Program-made: the position numbers and the translations under genes | Part shown: piece after piece, positions 53,711 through 64,000 of the stretch | Position numbering within the stretch: the first letter of the stretch is position 1 | Layout of the letters: the number at the start of each line of letters is the position of its first letter | NCBI GenBank assembly: GCA_013239625.1 | Contig: MU053934.1 | Coordinates: 2,374,399-2,438,398 of the forward strand | DNA: 64,000 bases | Direction: 5' to 3' | Source of the DNA: Lama guanicoe | Lineage: Eukaryota | Notes under the pieces: model-generated | Seen by the model: the letters and a program-made list of their open reading frames with translations, nothing else | The model's database searches: none | What the model was told of the DNA's origin: nothing

Positions 53711-55029
53711 CGACAATGCAGGTTTCATGCAGGTTTATAGCCCTGAGCTTTTGCAACAGGATTTTTTATGCCGCCTCACTTCATCTTAACACTTACCATT
53801 TAAGGAAGGTTGTGTTTATTTCCATATTGCAGGTGGGTAAACTGAGGCTAGAATGAGCAGTTGTGACTTGCCAGAAATCACAGGCTATTAAGTGGCAGAG
53901 CTATAACTCGAAGCCCTTTTCTCTGCCCCATTCTGCCACCCCCTACAACCCACTTTATGTCACGTGTCTCTTTCCCTCTATAAAGGCGCTCTTCAAGGCG
54001 TCCACTGTGCCCTTGGGTACACAGGTTTGGATGTATGCTCAGGGAGGGTGTTAAGCCTTTATCTGATCTAGAGTTATAAGCCAAAGGTCTGCCCTCCTTC
54101 CAGTCTCAGTGTAGAGAGGCCACTTCTGGATCCTGGATGTGGGTGGGGGAGGTGGTAGCCAGGAGGGGACCATGATCCGGGAGTACGTGACCTCGCTGTC
54201 TACCCTGTAGAAAGGGGCCTCTCCCACCTGCCCCAGCGCCACTCAGACCTTCTGGTGGCCGCTTCCTTCTGCTTACTGTGCTCTTTCCTCTCCAGCCACA
54301 AAGAACTTTAAACACGCCTCTTTTTAGTACTTGTCACACTGTCACACAGTTCTTTATCTGGCTGCTCCCCAAAACCTGTGAGCACAGACATGAAGGGTCT
54401 TAATCGTCTTGGTATCACAGCAACTGACACTAAAGAGGATCTGGGCGAGTGCTGGTGGGATGAATGGGTCTTCCGTGTTTTAATAATAACACCTCTCATC
54501 AATTGCACGCTCACTGTAAGACATTTTATCCAGGCAACAACCCTGGGATGTGGTGTCTAATCTCCTCACAGAAGAAGAATCAGAGACTTGGAAAGGTAAA
54601 GTTTACAAGGCCAAGGACTCATAGACAGTAAGAGACAAAGAGGGGATTTAAATTTAGATGCTTTTTACCATCGGTGGGCCCCTCTTAGGGAAAGTGTGAA
54701 TTTAGATCAGGCCTTTGGGAGTGGATGATTTAAAAAAAAAAAGGGGGCAAGGTTGCTCAAAGTTTCTCAAATGCTCCTTGCCTGTGATCTCAATTATTAG
54801 ATCCCACTTCAGGTCTCAAAAGAGAAAGACCAGCTCAGAGAGGTTAAGCCACGACTGAAAACACACAGCATAGTGGGAGGACCAGCACTCAAGGCCCGGC
54901 CTGCTAGTTTCCAAGGGCAAGCTGGCTTCTGCACAGCACAGTTGCTGTGTGTTTATTCCACGCTGCATTGCTCAAAGGGAAGTCTCAGTTTCCATTGAGA
55001 AGCTTTAAAAGGAAATGAAGAAATCCAAG

Positions 55030-55835
55030 TATCGGAGAAACTAGAACCCTGATGCCTCATCACCGGTGAAATTGTAAAATGGGGCGGCTAGTTTGGAAAA
55101 CAGTGCGGCAGTTCCTCAAAGGATGGAACAGAGAGTTACCCTCCGACCTAGAAATTCCACTCCTAGGTTTATACCTAAGAGAAACAAAATACATTCGCAC
55201 AAAAACCTACACACGGATGTCCATCGATGTTCATAGCAGCATTACTGATGATAGCCAAAAAAAGGGAAATAACTCAGATGTCCATGAGCTGATAAATGTC
55301 TCAACAAAATGTGGCGTTCCGCACAATGGGGTGCTGTTGGACAAGAGAAAGGAACGGAGTTCTGATACAGGTTACAACATGGATGAACCTTGGAAACACG
55401 ATGCTCAGTGAAGGAAGCCAGACTCGAAAGGTCACATATTGTATGATTCCATTCACATGAAATACCCAGAATAGGCAAATCTATGGAGTCAGAAAGCAGA
55501 TGGGTGGTTGCCTGGGGGGCTGAGGGGAGAGGGGAAAAGGGAGTGGCTGCTAGTGGGTATGGGGTTTCTTTTAGGGGATGATGAAAATGTTCTGGAATTA
55601 GATAGTGGTGATGGTTGCACAACTCTGTGACTACACTAAAAACCACTGAGTTGTATGCTTTAATGGGGGGGTAGCTCAGTGGTAGAGCGCATACTTAGCA
55701 TGCACGAGTTCCTGGGTTCAATCCCCAGTACCTCCACTAAAAATTAAATAAATAAATAAACCTAATTACTCCCCCCAAATAAAGCAATTAAAGGGTGAAT
55801 TTTATATCAATAAAGCTGTTATTTAAAAAAGAATA
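55030..55835 (+). mobile_element. L1MB-type 3' fragment (interrupted by a SINE)
   Basis: ORF 55079-55411 retains WKTVRQFLK..ELPSDLEIPLLGLY. 3'UTR GATGAAAATGTTCTGGAATTAGATAGTGGTGATGGTTGCACAAC...CAATAAAGCTGTT. Confidence 0.88.
55665..55785 (+). mobile_element. tRNA-derived SINE (Vic-1-like) nested in L1
   Basis: GGGGGTAGCTCAGTGGTAGAGCGCATACTTAGCATGCACGAGTTCCTGGGTTCAATCCCCAGTACCTCC...(AAAT)n AAACCTAATTAC. Confidence 0.9.
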
Positions 55836-56409
55836 AAAATAAATAAAAATGAAGTGACCTCTGCCTCGGAGACAGGTATTTGAAGGCACCCTGGTGATGG
55901 AGCATGGCCCCCGCAGCCAAGCATGGCATGTTTGACTCCGTGTGGGAGTGTCCCTTAGCCTCTTTTCCCTGCAAGGGTGCATTCTTAACATATGGCCTCA
56001 TGGTACTTCTGTGTGGCAAGGGACTTTACAGTCATAATGGATCCCTTGCTGGGAGGACAGGCCACGTGGGGTGAAGTCCATTCCAAGGTGGAGAAGCCAT
56101 CTTAGCTGCCCAGCCCAGCTGGCTGGTGACAGAGGCAGGTGACGTTATAGGATTTCAGTCATTTGCAGCCAAGGCCACCTGATCCCCGGTGTGAAGCAGC
56201 TGGGATATCAAGGCCGGCCCCCCGGATCTGGCACCCAAACGCCTGGGTTTGAATCTCAGCTCCACCACCTCCTAGCTGGTTGGCCTAGAGCAGTTTCTCA
56301 ACCACCCGGAACCAACATTTGCTCACCTGAGAGAATGAGAGGGATGAACCCCAGCTCAGAGGACACTGAGAGGACCCTGGCTTTTCAAATTCTAAGTCTG
56401 CCGAACCCA

Positions 56410-56543
56410 ACAGTTTCAGTATGCCCTGGGAGCTTGTTTGAAATGCAGACTCTCAGGCCCCACCCCTGATCTGCTGAGTCAGAATCTGCATCTTAACATT
56501 GCACCCAGGGAATTCGGATCCAGCAAAGTTTGAGAAGCACTGG
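56410..56543. mobile_element. MER5A-like DNA transposon relic
   Basis: CTGGGAGCTTGTTTGAAATGCAGACTCTCAGGCCCCACCCC...TCAGAATCTGCATCTTAACA...AAGTTTGAGAAGCACTG. Confidence 0.75.
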
Positions 56544-57664
56544 TGCAAATTAAATGAGATTATGTAGGTAAAAACCTGGCCCCCCGGTGCCTGGCACACC
56601 ACAGGTGCCACACACGTAGATTATGGTATTTTATTGTTATGTAGAAAAGAGGACTGGATGGGTTCCAGCTCTGCCACCTGCTCGCTGTGTGATCTTCAGT
56701 GAGTCGCTTGACTATTCTGGGCCTCAGTGCTGCCATGCCCCGTCTATCTCACAAGACTGTTTTGAGGAGGCTCAGCTGACAAAAAGTTGTGGGAAAGTGC
56801 TTTACAGATGCGGCCTAAGTGTAGACATGGTTCTCTTGGCCAAAGTGGAGAGAGTGACTCCTGAGATTCTGGAGATAAGAAAATGTTCGATGCTATGCTG
56901 AGACACCCAGCAGAGGACCAAAGACCCTAGCAAGAAGGGAAGAGGGACTGAGGAAGCACTACTCTTGCCCAAGAGAATCCCCTTCACCTCAAAGACGTTT
57001 AACCAGAGGAAGTGGAGACAAAACCATTAAGTTCTTGGGCAAGAAAGGAAGGTGCCAGCAAACGGGGGAAGCGGAGACTCCCAGCTGGGTGCCTCCTGAT
57101 AAACAGAGGGCAAAGGTTTCCAGCTACTAGAAGCACCAGTGCAGGGGCAGGTAAACAGTCCTCCAGTAAATGCCAGTGTCTGGATTTGAGGTGACCTCCA
57201 GGGAGCTGGAAATACCCCCTCTGCTTAGAGCCCCTCCCTCAGCGGCTCCGCGTGGCCTTTAGGAGGGCAGTAACCACTGATGTTTACATGCGCCAGGCTT
57301 TTTCTGAGAACATTTCCTTACAGTCCCGCCTGTGAGCCCCACAACAGCCCTATGAGGCAGGTCTCTCTAGATTCTCCACGTTACAAATGAGGCTATTGAA
57401 ACGCAGACAGATTGAGTGATTTGACCAATACCACAGAGCTAATAGTGGTGGAACTGGGCTTCAAGCCCAGGACATCTGATTTTAGGGTCCCCATTTTTAG
57501 CAACCCTTCTACTGCCTTTATTTTCGTTTTAATTAAGACTTTATTTTTCAGAGCATCATCAAGTTCATGGAAAAACTGAGGGGAAGGTACAGCTATTTCC
57601 CACATAAACTTTGCCCCCACCTATGTATAGCCTCCCCATTATCAAAGTCCCCCACCAGAGTGGT

Positions 57665-58489
57665 TGGATCTGGTGACTTACAAGAAATACTTCTTTGGTC
57701 ATTCAGATAACCAAAATATTCTTCTCATATATGTTTGGCTTTCATCCACGGTTCCTGGCTCACAGCTCTTAAAACACTTAGAATTTCCCAAGTGAATAGA
57801 GCAACAAATGTGTCTTTTGTTGTGACTTTTGGATGGGGACTGGTTGTCACTGGAGCCCACCTTGTGATTAGAGGATTGGAACTTTCTGTCCTAGCTCCCC
57901 GATCGCTGGGAAGAAGAGAGGGACTGGAGGTTGAATCAGTCTACCGGTGACCAATGAGTTAATCAAGCGTGGGTTTGTAATGAAGTGTCTATAAAACTCC
58001 AAATGACAGGGTTCAGAGAGCTGCCAGGTTGGGAAATTCGTGGAGGGTGACATGTTCAGAGAAAGTATGGAAGTTATGCACCCAGGGAACCCATATCCTG
58101 CCCTGGGCACCTCTGCCATCTGGTTGTTCCTGACTTATATCCTTTTATAATAAACCGGTGATCTAGTGACTGAACAGCTTTCCCGAGTTCTGGGAGCCAC
58201 TCTAGCAAACTAACTGAACCCAAGGAGGGGGTCATTGCAACCTCCGATTTATAGCTAGTTGGTCAGAAGCACAGGTGACAACCTGGAGTTGGGACTGGTG
58301 TCTAAAGTGGGTGAAGAGGCTAGTCTTGTAAGACTAAGCCCTTAACCTGTGGGATTGGACACTATCTCCATGTAGGTAGTGAGTTGAATTATAGGGCATC
58401 CAGCTGATATGCAGAGCAGTGCTTGTAAGTGTGGGGAGACACACACACACACACACACACACACGGGATTGGTGACTAGAACCCTTTTT
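57665..58489. mobile_element. MER21-like solo LTR
   Basis: GGTTCCTGGCTCACAGCTC, GATTAGAGGATTGGAACTTTC, CCAATGAGTTAATCAA, CCTTTTATAATAAACCGG and GGTCAGAAGCACAGGTGACAACCTGG resemble MER21. Flanks AGTGGT / AGCGGT. Confidence 0.75.
58438..58464. repeat. (CA)n microsatellite
   Basis: About 13 CA units read directly. Confidence 0.95.
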
Positions 58490-59078
58490 AGCGGTACATT
58501 TGTTATAATTGACGAACCTACATTGATACATCATAATCACCCCAAATCCATAGTTTACACTAGGGTTCACTCTTGGTGATGTATATTCTGTGGGTTTGGA
58601 CAAATACGTAATGACATGTATCTATCATTATAGTATCATACAGTGTTTTCACTGCCCTAAAAACCCTCTGAGCTCCAGCTATTCATCCCTCCCTCCTCGG
58701 ACTTTCCCCAAATCCTTTTCAGATTGGCTTCTTTCACTTCGTAATAATGCATTTAAAGTTCCTCCATGTCTTTTCAGAGCTTGATAGCTCATTTCTTTTC
58801 AGAAATAATATTCCATCATCTGGAGGTTTTGCAGTTGATTTATCTGTTCACCTACAGAAGGATATCTTGGTTGCTTCCAAGTGTTGGCAATTATGGATAA
58901 AGCTGCTATAAACATCCAGGTGAACGTAGGTTTTTCACTTCTACTGCTTTTTAGTCTGGAGAGGGAGATGGTAGGTAGGAACTGGCCTGAGAGTCACCTG
59001 GCAGAGGGATCCAGGATGGAGATGGTCTTCTAGGACCCTCATCAAGATCTCGTCATTGTCACAATAACAAGAACTATG

Positions 59079-59263
59079 AAATGTGACAATGAGTGTGTAT
59101 ATGTCCATGAATGACTGAAAAGTTGTGCTGAACACTGGAATTTGACACAACACTGTAAAATGATTATGAATCAATAAAAAATGTAAAAAAAAATAAAACA
59201 ATAAAAACACACAAAAAAAAGAAAAAAAAAGAAAAAGATTGATTCAAACAAACAAACAAAAAA
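59079..59263 (+). mobile_element. Extremely 5'-truncated young L1 (last ~100 nt of the 3'UTR plus a compound A tail)
   Basis: Nearly identical to 22461-22570. Perfect 10-bp TSD AAGAACTATG at 59069-59078 and 59264-59273. Confidence 0.9.
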
Positions 59264-60529
59264 AAGAACTATGTATCCAGCAGTCTTGTTAATAGCATCG
59301 GTCCAGCATGGAGGTCCGAGGGCCCTGGGTCACTGAACAATTCGAGGTGTGCTGCTGGACTCATTACATTCCAATAGCAACACTGCATGTGGCAGATCGC
59401 TACAGGCCAGATGCTACCACAGGCGTTTTACCCAAGGCAGTGTCCAAAAAACAGCATTTTTAGAGTTTTTGGGTTCACCCTCAACCCACTGTAAGAAATA
59501 CATTTTATAATACAAATACTCTCACATAAATGAAACACATGTTCCCCTCAGTACTGTGATACCTTCTAATCTATTTCATTTTTTAAAATTCTAGTCATGA
59601 CATTGATTTCATGGCACACTAATGGAATTCTATGGAGTCTGTAAGCTTTTGGCAAGTCACTGAAGCCCTGGAGGCCACCAAGCACACCTCAAAATGCTGT
59701 CATGAGTAGCATGTGAGGTAAGGTGTGTAAACAGTTGAACCCAGGACCTAGTTCACAGTTAGGAATCAAGAAATGGTGGCTCTGGTCCCACAGTCAAGAG
59801 TCAAAAACAAGATGAAAGTCAGAATCAGGCTCTCTTTCTGGCAATTCCACGCCACATTTCCAGAGAAGCTTAACTCATTGGGTGTGGCTTCCAAAGGTTG
59901 TGCTACTGGTTACAGCTCAGTCACCTGGGTAGAGGCCAGGCTTGCCACTCCTGGAGGATATAAGAAGCTGGCCCAACTCTCTCTGTCTTCTTTCCTTCTC
60001 TCCATTGTCCGGTTTAATTCAGTGTCCATTTGCCGGGCAGTGTCTGGACACAAGGCCATTCCCTCTCTCTCAGACCGGAACACACCTGACATTGTATAGT
60101 GCCCTACTTCATTCAGATCACTGCTAAAATATCACCTCCATACAGCCATCTCTAAACCCCTAAAATCTGAATGAGAGCCAACACCCCTCTCTAGGGCTGC
60201 CCCTTTCTGCTGCTCAGGCTTTTTCACGTGTGTGTTATGACCTGACAAATTACGCGCTATGTTGATTTGTCCACTAACTATTTTTTCCCCAAAGTTAAGT
60301 ATTTTTATTATTATCACTATTTCTGTGGAACTGGATAGGGTTGGGCGTATCAGACACGATACATAAAGAAGAAATATTTAGAGGCACTGTGCCTCGTAAC
60401 ACTCCATAGTGATCAAAGGAAATCAGTTGGCCCCAATTTTTATAGCCTCAGAACTCAGTTTTCCAAAGCACAAAATTTTAGTAAAAAATAAGACCTGCAC
60501 AGCTATAGTGAATAATAGTTAGCTATATA

Positions 60530-60660
60530 GTAGACAACTATAGTTAATAATACTGTATTGTATATTTGAAAGTTGCTAAGAGAATAAGTCGTAAACGTTC
60601 TCATCACAGGAAAAAAATCTTCAGCTCCGTATGGTGATCATTTTGCAGTTTATCAAATAT
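60530..60660 (+). mobile_element. L1MA-type 3'UTR fragment
   Basis: ACTATAGTTAATAATACTGTATTGTATATTTGAAAGTTGCTAAGAGA...GTTCTCATCAC. Confidence 0.7.
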
Positions 60661-61465
60661 ATCCGTTAACTCTTCGTCTTCAGTAAATGTAAACTTCAGG
60701 AGAGCAGGAACGTAGAGGTTGGTTCTCTGCTCTATCCCCACTGCTTACAGCAGTAGCTGCCACAGCGTGCTCAACACCTGTTCGTTGAATTGGTCAACAG
60801 CACTGGGCCCAGGCTGTGGAGCTGGGCTGATGATCCAATGAGGATCATCGGGGTCTGTTCTGGTGGACATTCTGACAGGTACATTCAGACAAGTACAAAT
60901 CAAATGCCCTGGAAGCACAGAGGAAGCAGAGATCAATTCTGACTGTGGATCAAGGAGGAGGAGGCCTCTCAGTGATCCCTGAAGCTGGCTGGAACTGCAA
61001 AGATGGAGCTGAAAGGAGAGAGAGCATCCCATGTGGAGGGAGGGAAAGGCAAGGGCAAAGATGCAGGGTCAGAAAGGTGGGAATGGCCCCATACAATAAT
61101 CCATGGGCTGTAGCTTTGGGTTCGGGGTCAATGGGCAGGCGGGAAGGTGGCTAGGGTGGGTTGCAGAGGGCTTTGAATGCCAGGTTAAGAAGTTAGGAGT
61201 TTATAAATTTCTGATAGTGTCTTAAGAGCTATCCATCTACCTATTATCTATATCAATTTCTATCTTACATACACATATGTGGAACACCTATGTTCACACG
61301 CACCATGGGAGCCTATTAAAACAAATTTTTTAAATATATATTTCAAATAAAAATTAAATATAAAATTTCAATTATACATATGCATATGTATGTATGTTTT
61401 AATAGGCTCCCAAGCTTCACAGTTTAGGCATAAAAGGTTTTACGATGCAAATCTACCTCCCAATC

Positions 61466-61540
61466 TTGCATTGCATTGCCTTGCCCTGCCCTGCCTTGCC
61501 TTGCCTTGCCTTGCCCTGCCTTGCCCTGCCCTGCCCTCCC
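61466..61540. repeat. Pentanucleotide (TTGCC/CTGCC)n microsatellite
   Basis: About 14 units grading from TTGCA to TTGCC/CTGCC to CTCCC. Explains the LALPC repeats in the ORF track. Confidence 0.92.
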
Positions 61541-61619
61541 CTCCCCCCGCCATGTCCTCCCCACCCCCCATGCAGTAACCAATGTTACTGTGCTTCGTGT
61601 CTTGCTCCAGCAGATTCAC

Positions 61620-62200
61620 TTCTACAGTGAGGCCGCGCTTGCGGAGCAGCTGTAGGCGGGGTGTAGGCGGTTCACGCCCCTGATCCGCAAACAGGTTACC
61701 TGGTCTCTTCACGTTCGCCAGGTGGTTCTTCCGCCCCCTCCTGCCCGGAAGTCCTGCGTGTCCCACCCGCTGCCAGGTGATAGATTGAGCCCGCCCACTT
61801 CCGTCGCATGAACCAATCGAAAACGTTTATGCAAATAAATCAATTCCCCTCACTCCTTCGACAACCAATGGTTGCGGAGGTGCGATAGGTCCGCCAGGTT
61901 CCGGTTCTGATCGAGCTCTGAGAAGTCTGTAAAATTTCTGCCTTGGGCGAAAAGAACTCGGGAGCTTGGAGCTGGAGCAATGAGGACCGGGGCATAAACG
62001 GAATGCTGAAGACAGAGTGACGGCGATAAATCACAGAAACTGAGGCTTGAAGGGCTGCTGGAGGTCGTTTCGTCTGACCTCTGGACCGACCCTCTCCCTC
62101 ATTCCGCGTGATTCCAGCCGGGTGCTCACACAGTCTGTTGAAATCGCTATTTGCAGACGTGACCCGCTGAAGTGACGCAGCAGGTCCCAAATCTGACTGT
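61620..62200. promoter_or_regulatory. Orphan CpG-rich promoter-like element
   Basis: Local CpG enrichment. ETS CCGGAAGT 61745-61752 and ACTTCCG 61797-61803, GC boxes at 61731 and 61790, CCAAT at 61813 and 61865, octamer ATGCAAAT 61829-61836, ATF/CRE-like GTGACGCA at ~62172. Confidence 0.7.
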
Positions 62201-62249
62201 TGAGTGTGAGCCAAAAGCCCCACAGGGGATCAGAAGCAGGCTCAAAGCC

Positions 62250-62620
62250 TCTCTGTATTATTTCTTAGATGTGTGACTTTGGGCACTCCGCCTCAACTTT
62301 CTAAGCCTCAGTTTCCTCTTCTGGAAATTGAGAGTAATAACACTACCCTCCTAACTTTGATGTGAGGATTGATGGGCTAGTCAAATGGAAAACGCGAAGG
62401 ATTTCTATCTCTGCAAGGCACAGCGTTATCACTTTGAGGTTAGACAGAATAGGGTTTGAATTCTGGTTTTTCCAGTTACTTGTGGTACTAGTCTTAGGCA
62501 AGTCGTCTTTACCTCTCTGACTCTCACTTTCTGAAATTCTAAAATTAAAAATTCCGTGGGCTGTCATTAGGATTAAACGAGTTAAGGTTTATAAGGCACT
62601 GGGCACATGGTCAAATCACG
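62250..62620 (+). mobile_element. Tandem MIR fragments
   Basis: TGTGTGACTTTGGGCA...GCCTCAGTTTCCTCTTCTG and GGGTTTGAATTCTGG...CTTAGGCAAGTC...AGGATTAAACGAG. Confidence 0.65.
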
Positions 62621-63929
62621 TGTGGTGGCTAGAATCGTGGGACCTCCTGGAATCTCAGCTTCATCATCTGTCCTCTGGAAACAAACATAATGTCTTCCCT
62701 GTAGGCCTCACAGGATTGTTATGAGGCTTAAAAAACTTGTGACACAGTTTATAAATAGAAAAATATTACACCAGTGCTAATTAGCGATACTGCAAGGCGG
62801 CCAGCACCCTGGAAAAAGCATGGCGTTGGCTCTGGCTCTGCCTTTTATTCTCTATGTGACCTTGGACAAGTGGTTTCCCCATCAAAGGACCAGTTTCCTC
62901 TTCTGTAATATACCACCTTCATAGGACTGTCGTGGACATTGGTAAGATGCTGAATGGAAAATGTCTACTATACCTTCAACACACAATAAATTTTAATAAA
63001 TGGTACCTATTATTATGAGCAAGTTTTTCTTTAAACTTCCCTAGATTCTGTTTCTGGAGCTAAGAGACTGAGAGAGGGGAGTGAAAACACAGCTTGCTCC
63101 TCACTGTACATTCTTTGTATCTTTTGACTTGTGTTATGGGACTATATTTTTTTAGTAAGTAAAATTTAAATTTAAGTAGAAATATAATACATTGTAATAA
63201 ATAATAATCAAAACATAATAAATTAAAATTTTAAACTAAGTTTTAATCTCAATGGTAGAGACCTTGAGAAGATGCCAAAATGCAAAGTACAACCTGCTAT
63301 GCACGCATGCATGTACCGTGGAAAGGCAGAGTCACGTTTTTTCCTAAGATCATGGGGAAATTTTCAAATCCCACAAAGGGTCACCTCTGAAGGGACTGAC
63401 CATCCTTTCATGTAAACATTCTCAAAGCCACTTGCAGTCATGTTCTATGGAAGGAAATTACCTCGATTTGGAACCCTCGGGATGGATTTCCCTTCGCATC
63501 AGAGGTATTCAGGACTCTGGGTGACTCACTCCTCCCCGCTGGGTTGCCCTCCAACCCTGGTGAGGCTGAACACCTCATTTAGGAGCAATAACTCTCCCCT
63601 CATCCTAATGCCTTACATGGGTATCAACTAGCCCTGGACCATCCAGCCAATCCACACCCAGACTTCTCCAATGTCCTAGGATGCCTCTGGCCTTGGAGAG
63701 CCTTCCTGTTTCCTCTTCTGGGGCCACTGGCTGAACTAACCACCACTGCTCTACCCTGGAGGCTCCTATTTAGCTGAGGAAGGAGGGAGCTAGAGCATCA
63801 AAGTCCAAGCCCACTTTCTCCCCTGTGTCTACTGTCACATCATCGCTGTGTGTGGCAATGATCAGAATTCAGATTGCGTTTCACAGATTACCCAGGTACG
63901 GAGGAGAGAGATGGAAGTTTGGGGCATGG

Positions 63930-64000
63930 AATTTAACTGCCTCATCCTGGAAGTGACATGTCATTTTCACACATTTCATTGGCCAGAACTAGTTACAGGC
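63930..64000. mobile_element. Probable old MLT1-type LTR fragment at the window edge
   Basis: CTGGAAGTGACATGTCATTTTCACACATTTCATTGGCCAGAACTAGT resembles a MaLR motif. Confidence 0.45.

Larger units (their letters stand above)
57525..58935 (-). mobile_element. Old L1M 3' fragment split by an LTR insertion
   Basis: L1 sequence ...CCCCACCAGAGTGGT stops at 57664 and resumes as GGTACATTTGTTATAATTGACGAACCTACATTGA at ~58493. The distal part is a reverse-complement homolog of 47330-47490. Confidence 0.75.

Noticed and set aside
62028..62200. snRNA-type gene downstream of the octamer
   Set aside because: TCACAGAAACTGAGG is only a weak PSE resemblance, and I recognise no known small RNA. An Rfam scan would be needed.

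Overview
This is mammalian genomic DNA, probably camelid (inferred from a recurring tRNA-derived SINE resembling Vic-1). The left two-thirds hold the 5' part of MYH9 (non-muscle myosin heavy chain IIA) on the minus strand: a CpG-island promoter and non-coding exon 1 (~41.7-41.9 kb), a ~31 kb GC-rich intron 1, coding exon 2 (ATG at 10667) and exon 3 (6283-6439). The rest of the gene lies beyond the left edge. The right third is intergenic and dominated by L1 relics, SINEs, MIRs, a MER21-like LTR and a processed U1 snRNA pseudogene. Main anomalies: (1) the 3' end of MYH9 exon 2 is broken as assembled, with codons 99-107 replaced by G-rich sequence and the exon-end/donor motif duplicated at 49 bp spacing, leaving no obvious in-frame GT donor; (2) an orphan CpG-rich promoter at ~61.6-62.2 kb with ETS, GC, CCAAT and octamer motifs and a splice donor pointing towards MYH9; (3) a SINE+U1 block enclosed by one apparent target-site duplication; (4) a young intronic L1 with a perfect 17-bp TSD spanning an assembly gap; (5) AP-1 motif enrichment across the MYH9 introns and a perfect CArG box upstream of the TSS. 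I found no convincing new protein-coding system. Almost all ORF-track entries are chance ORFs. Repeat family names come from recalled consensus sequences, not from a database search.
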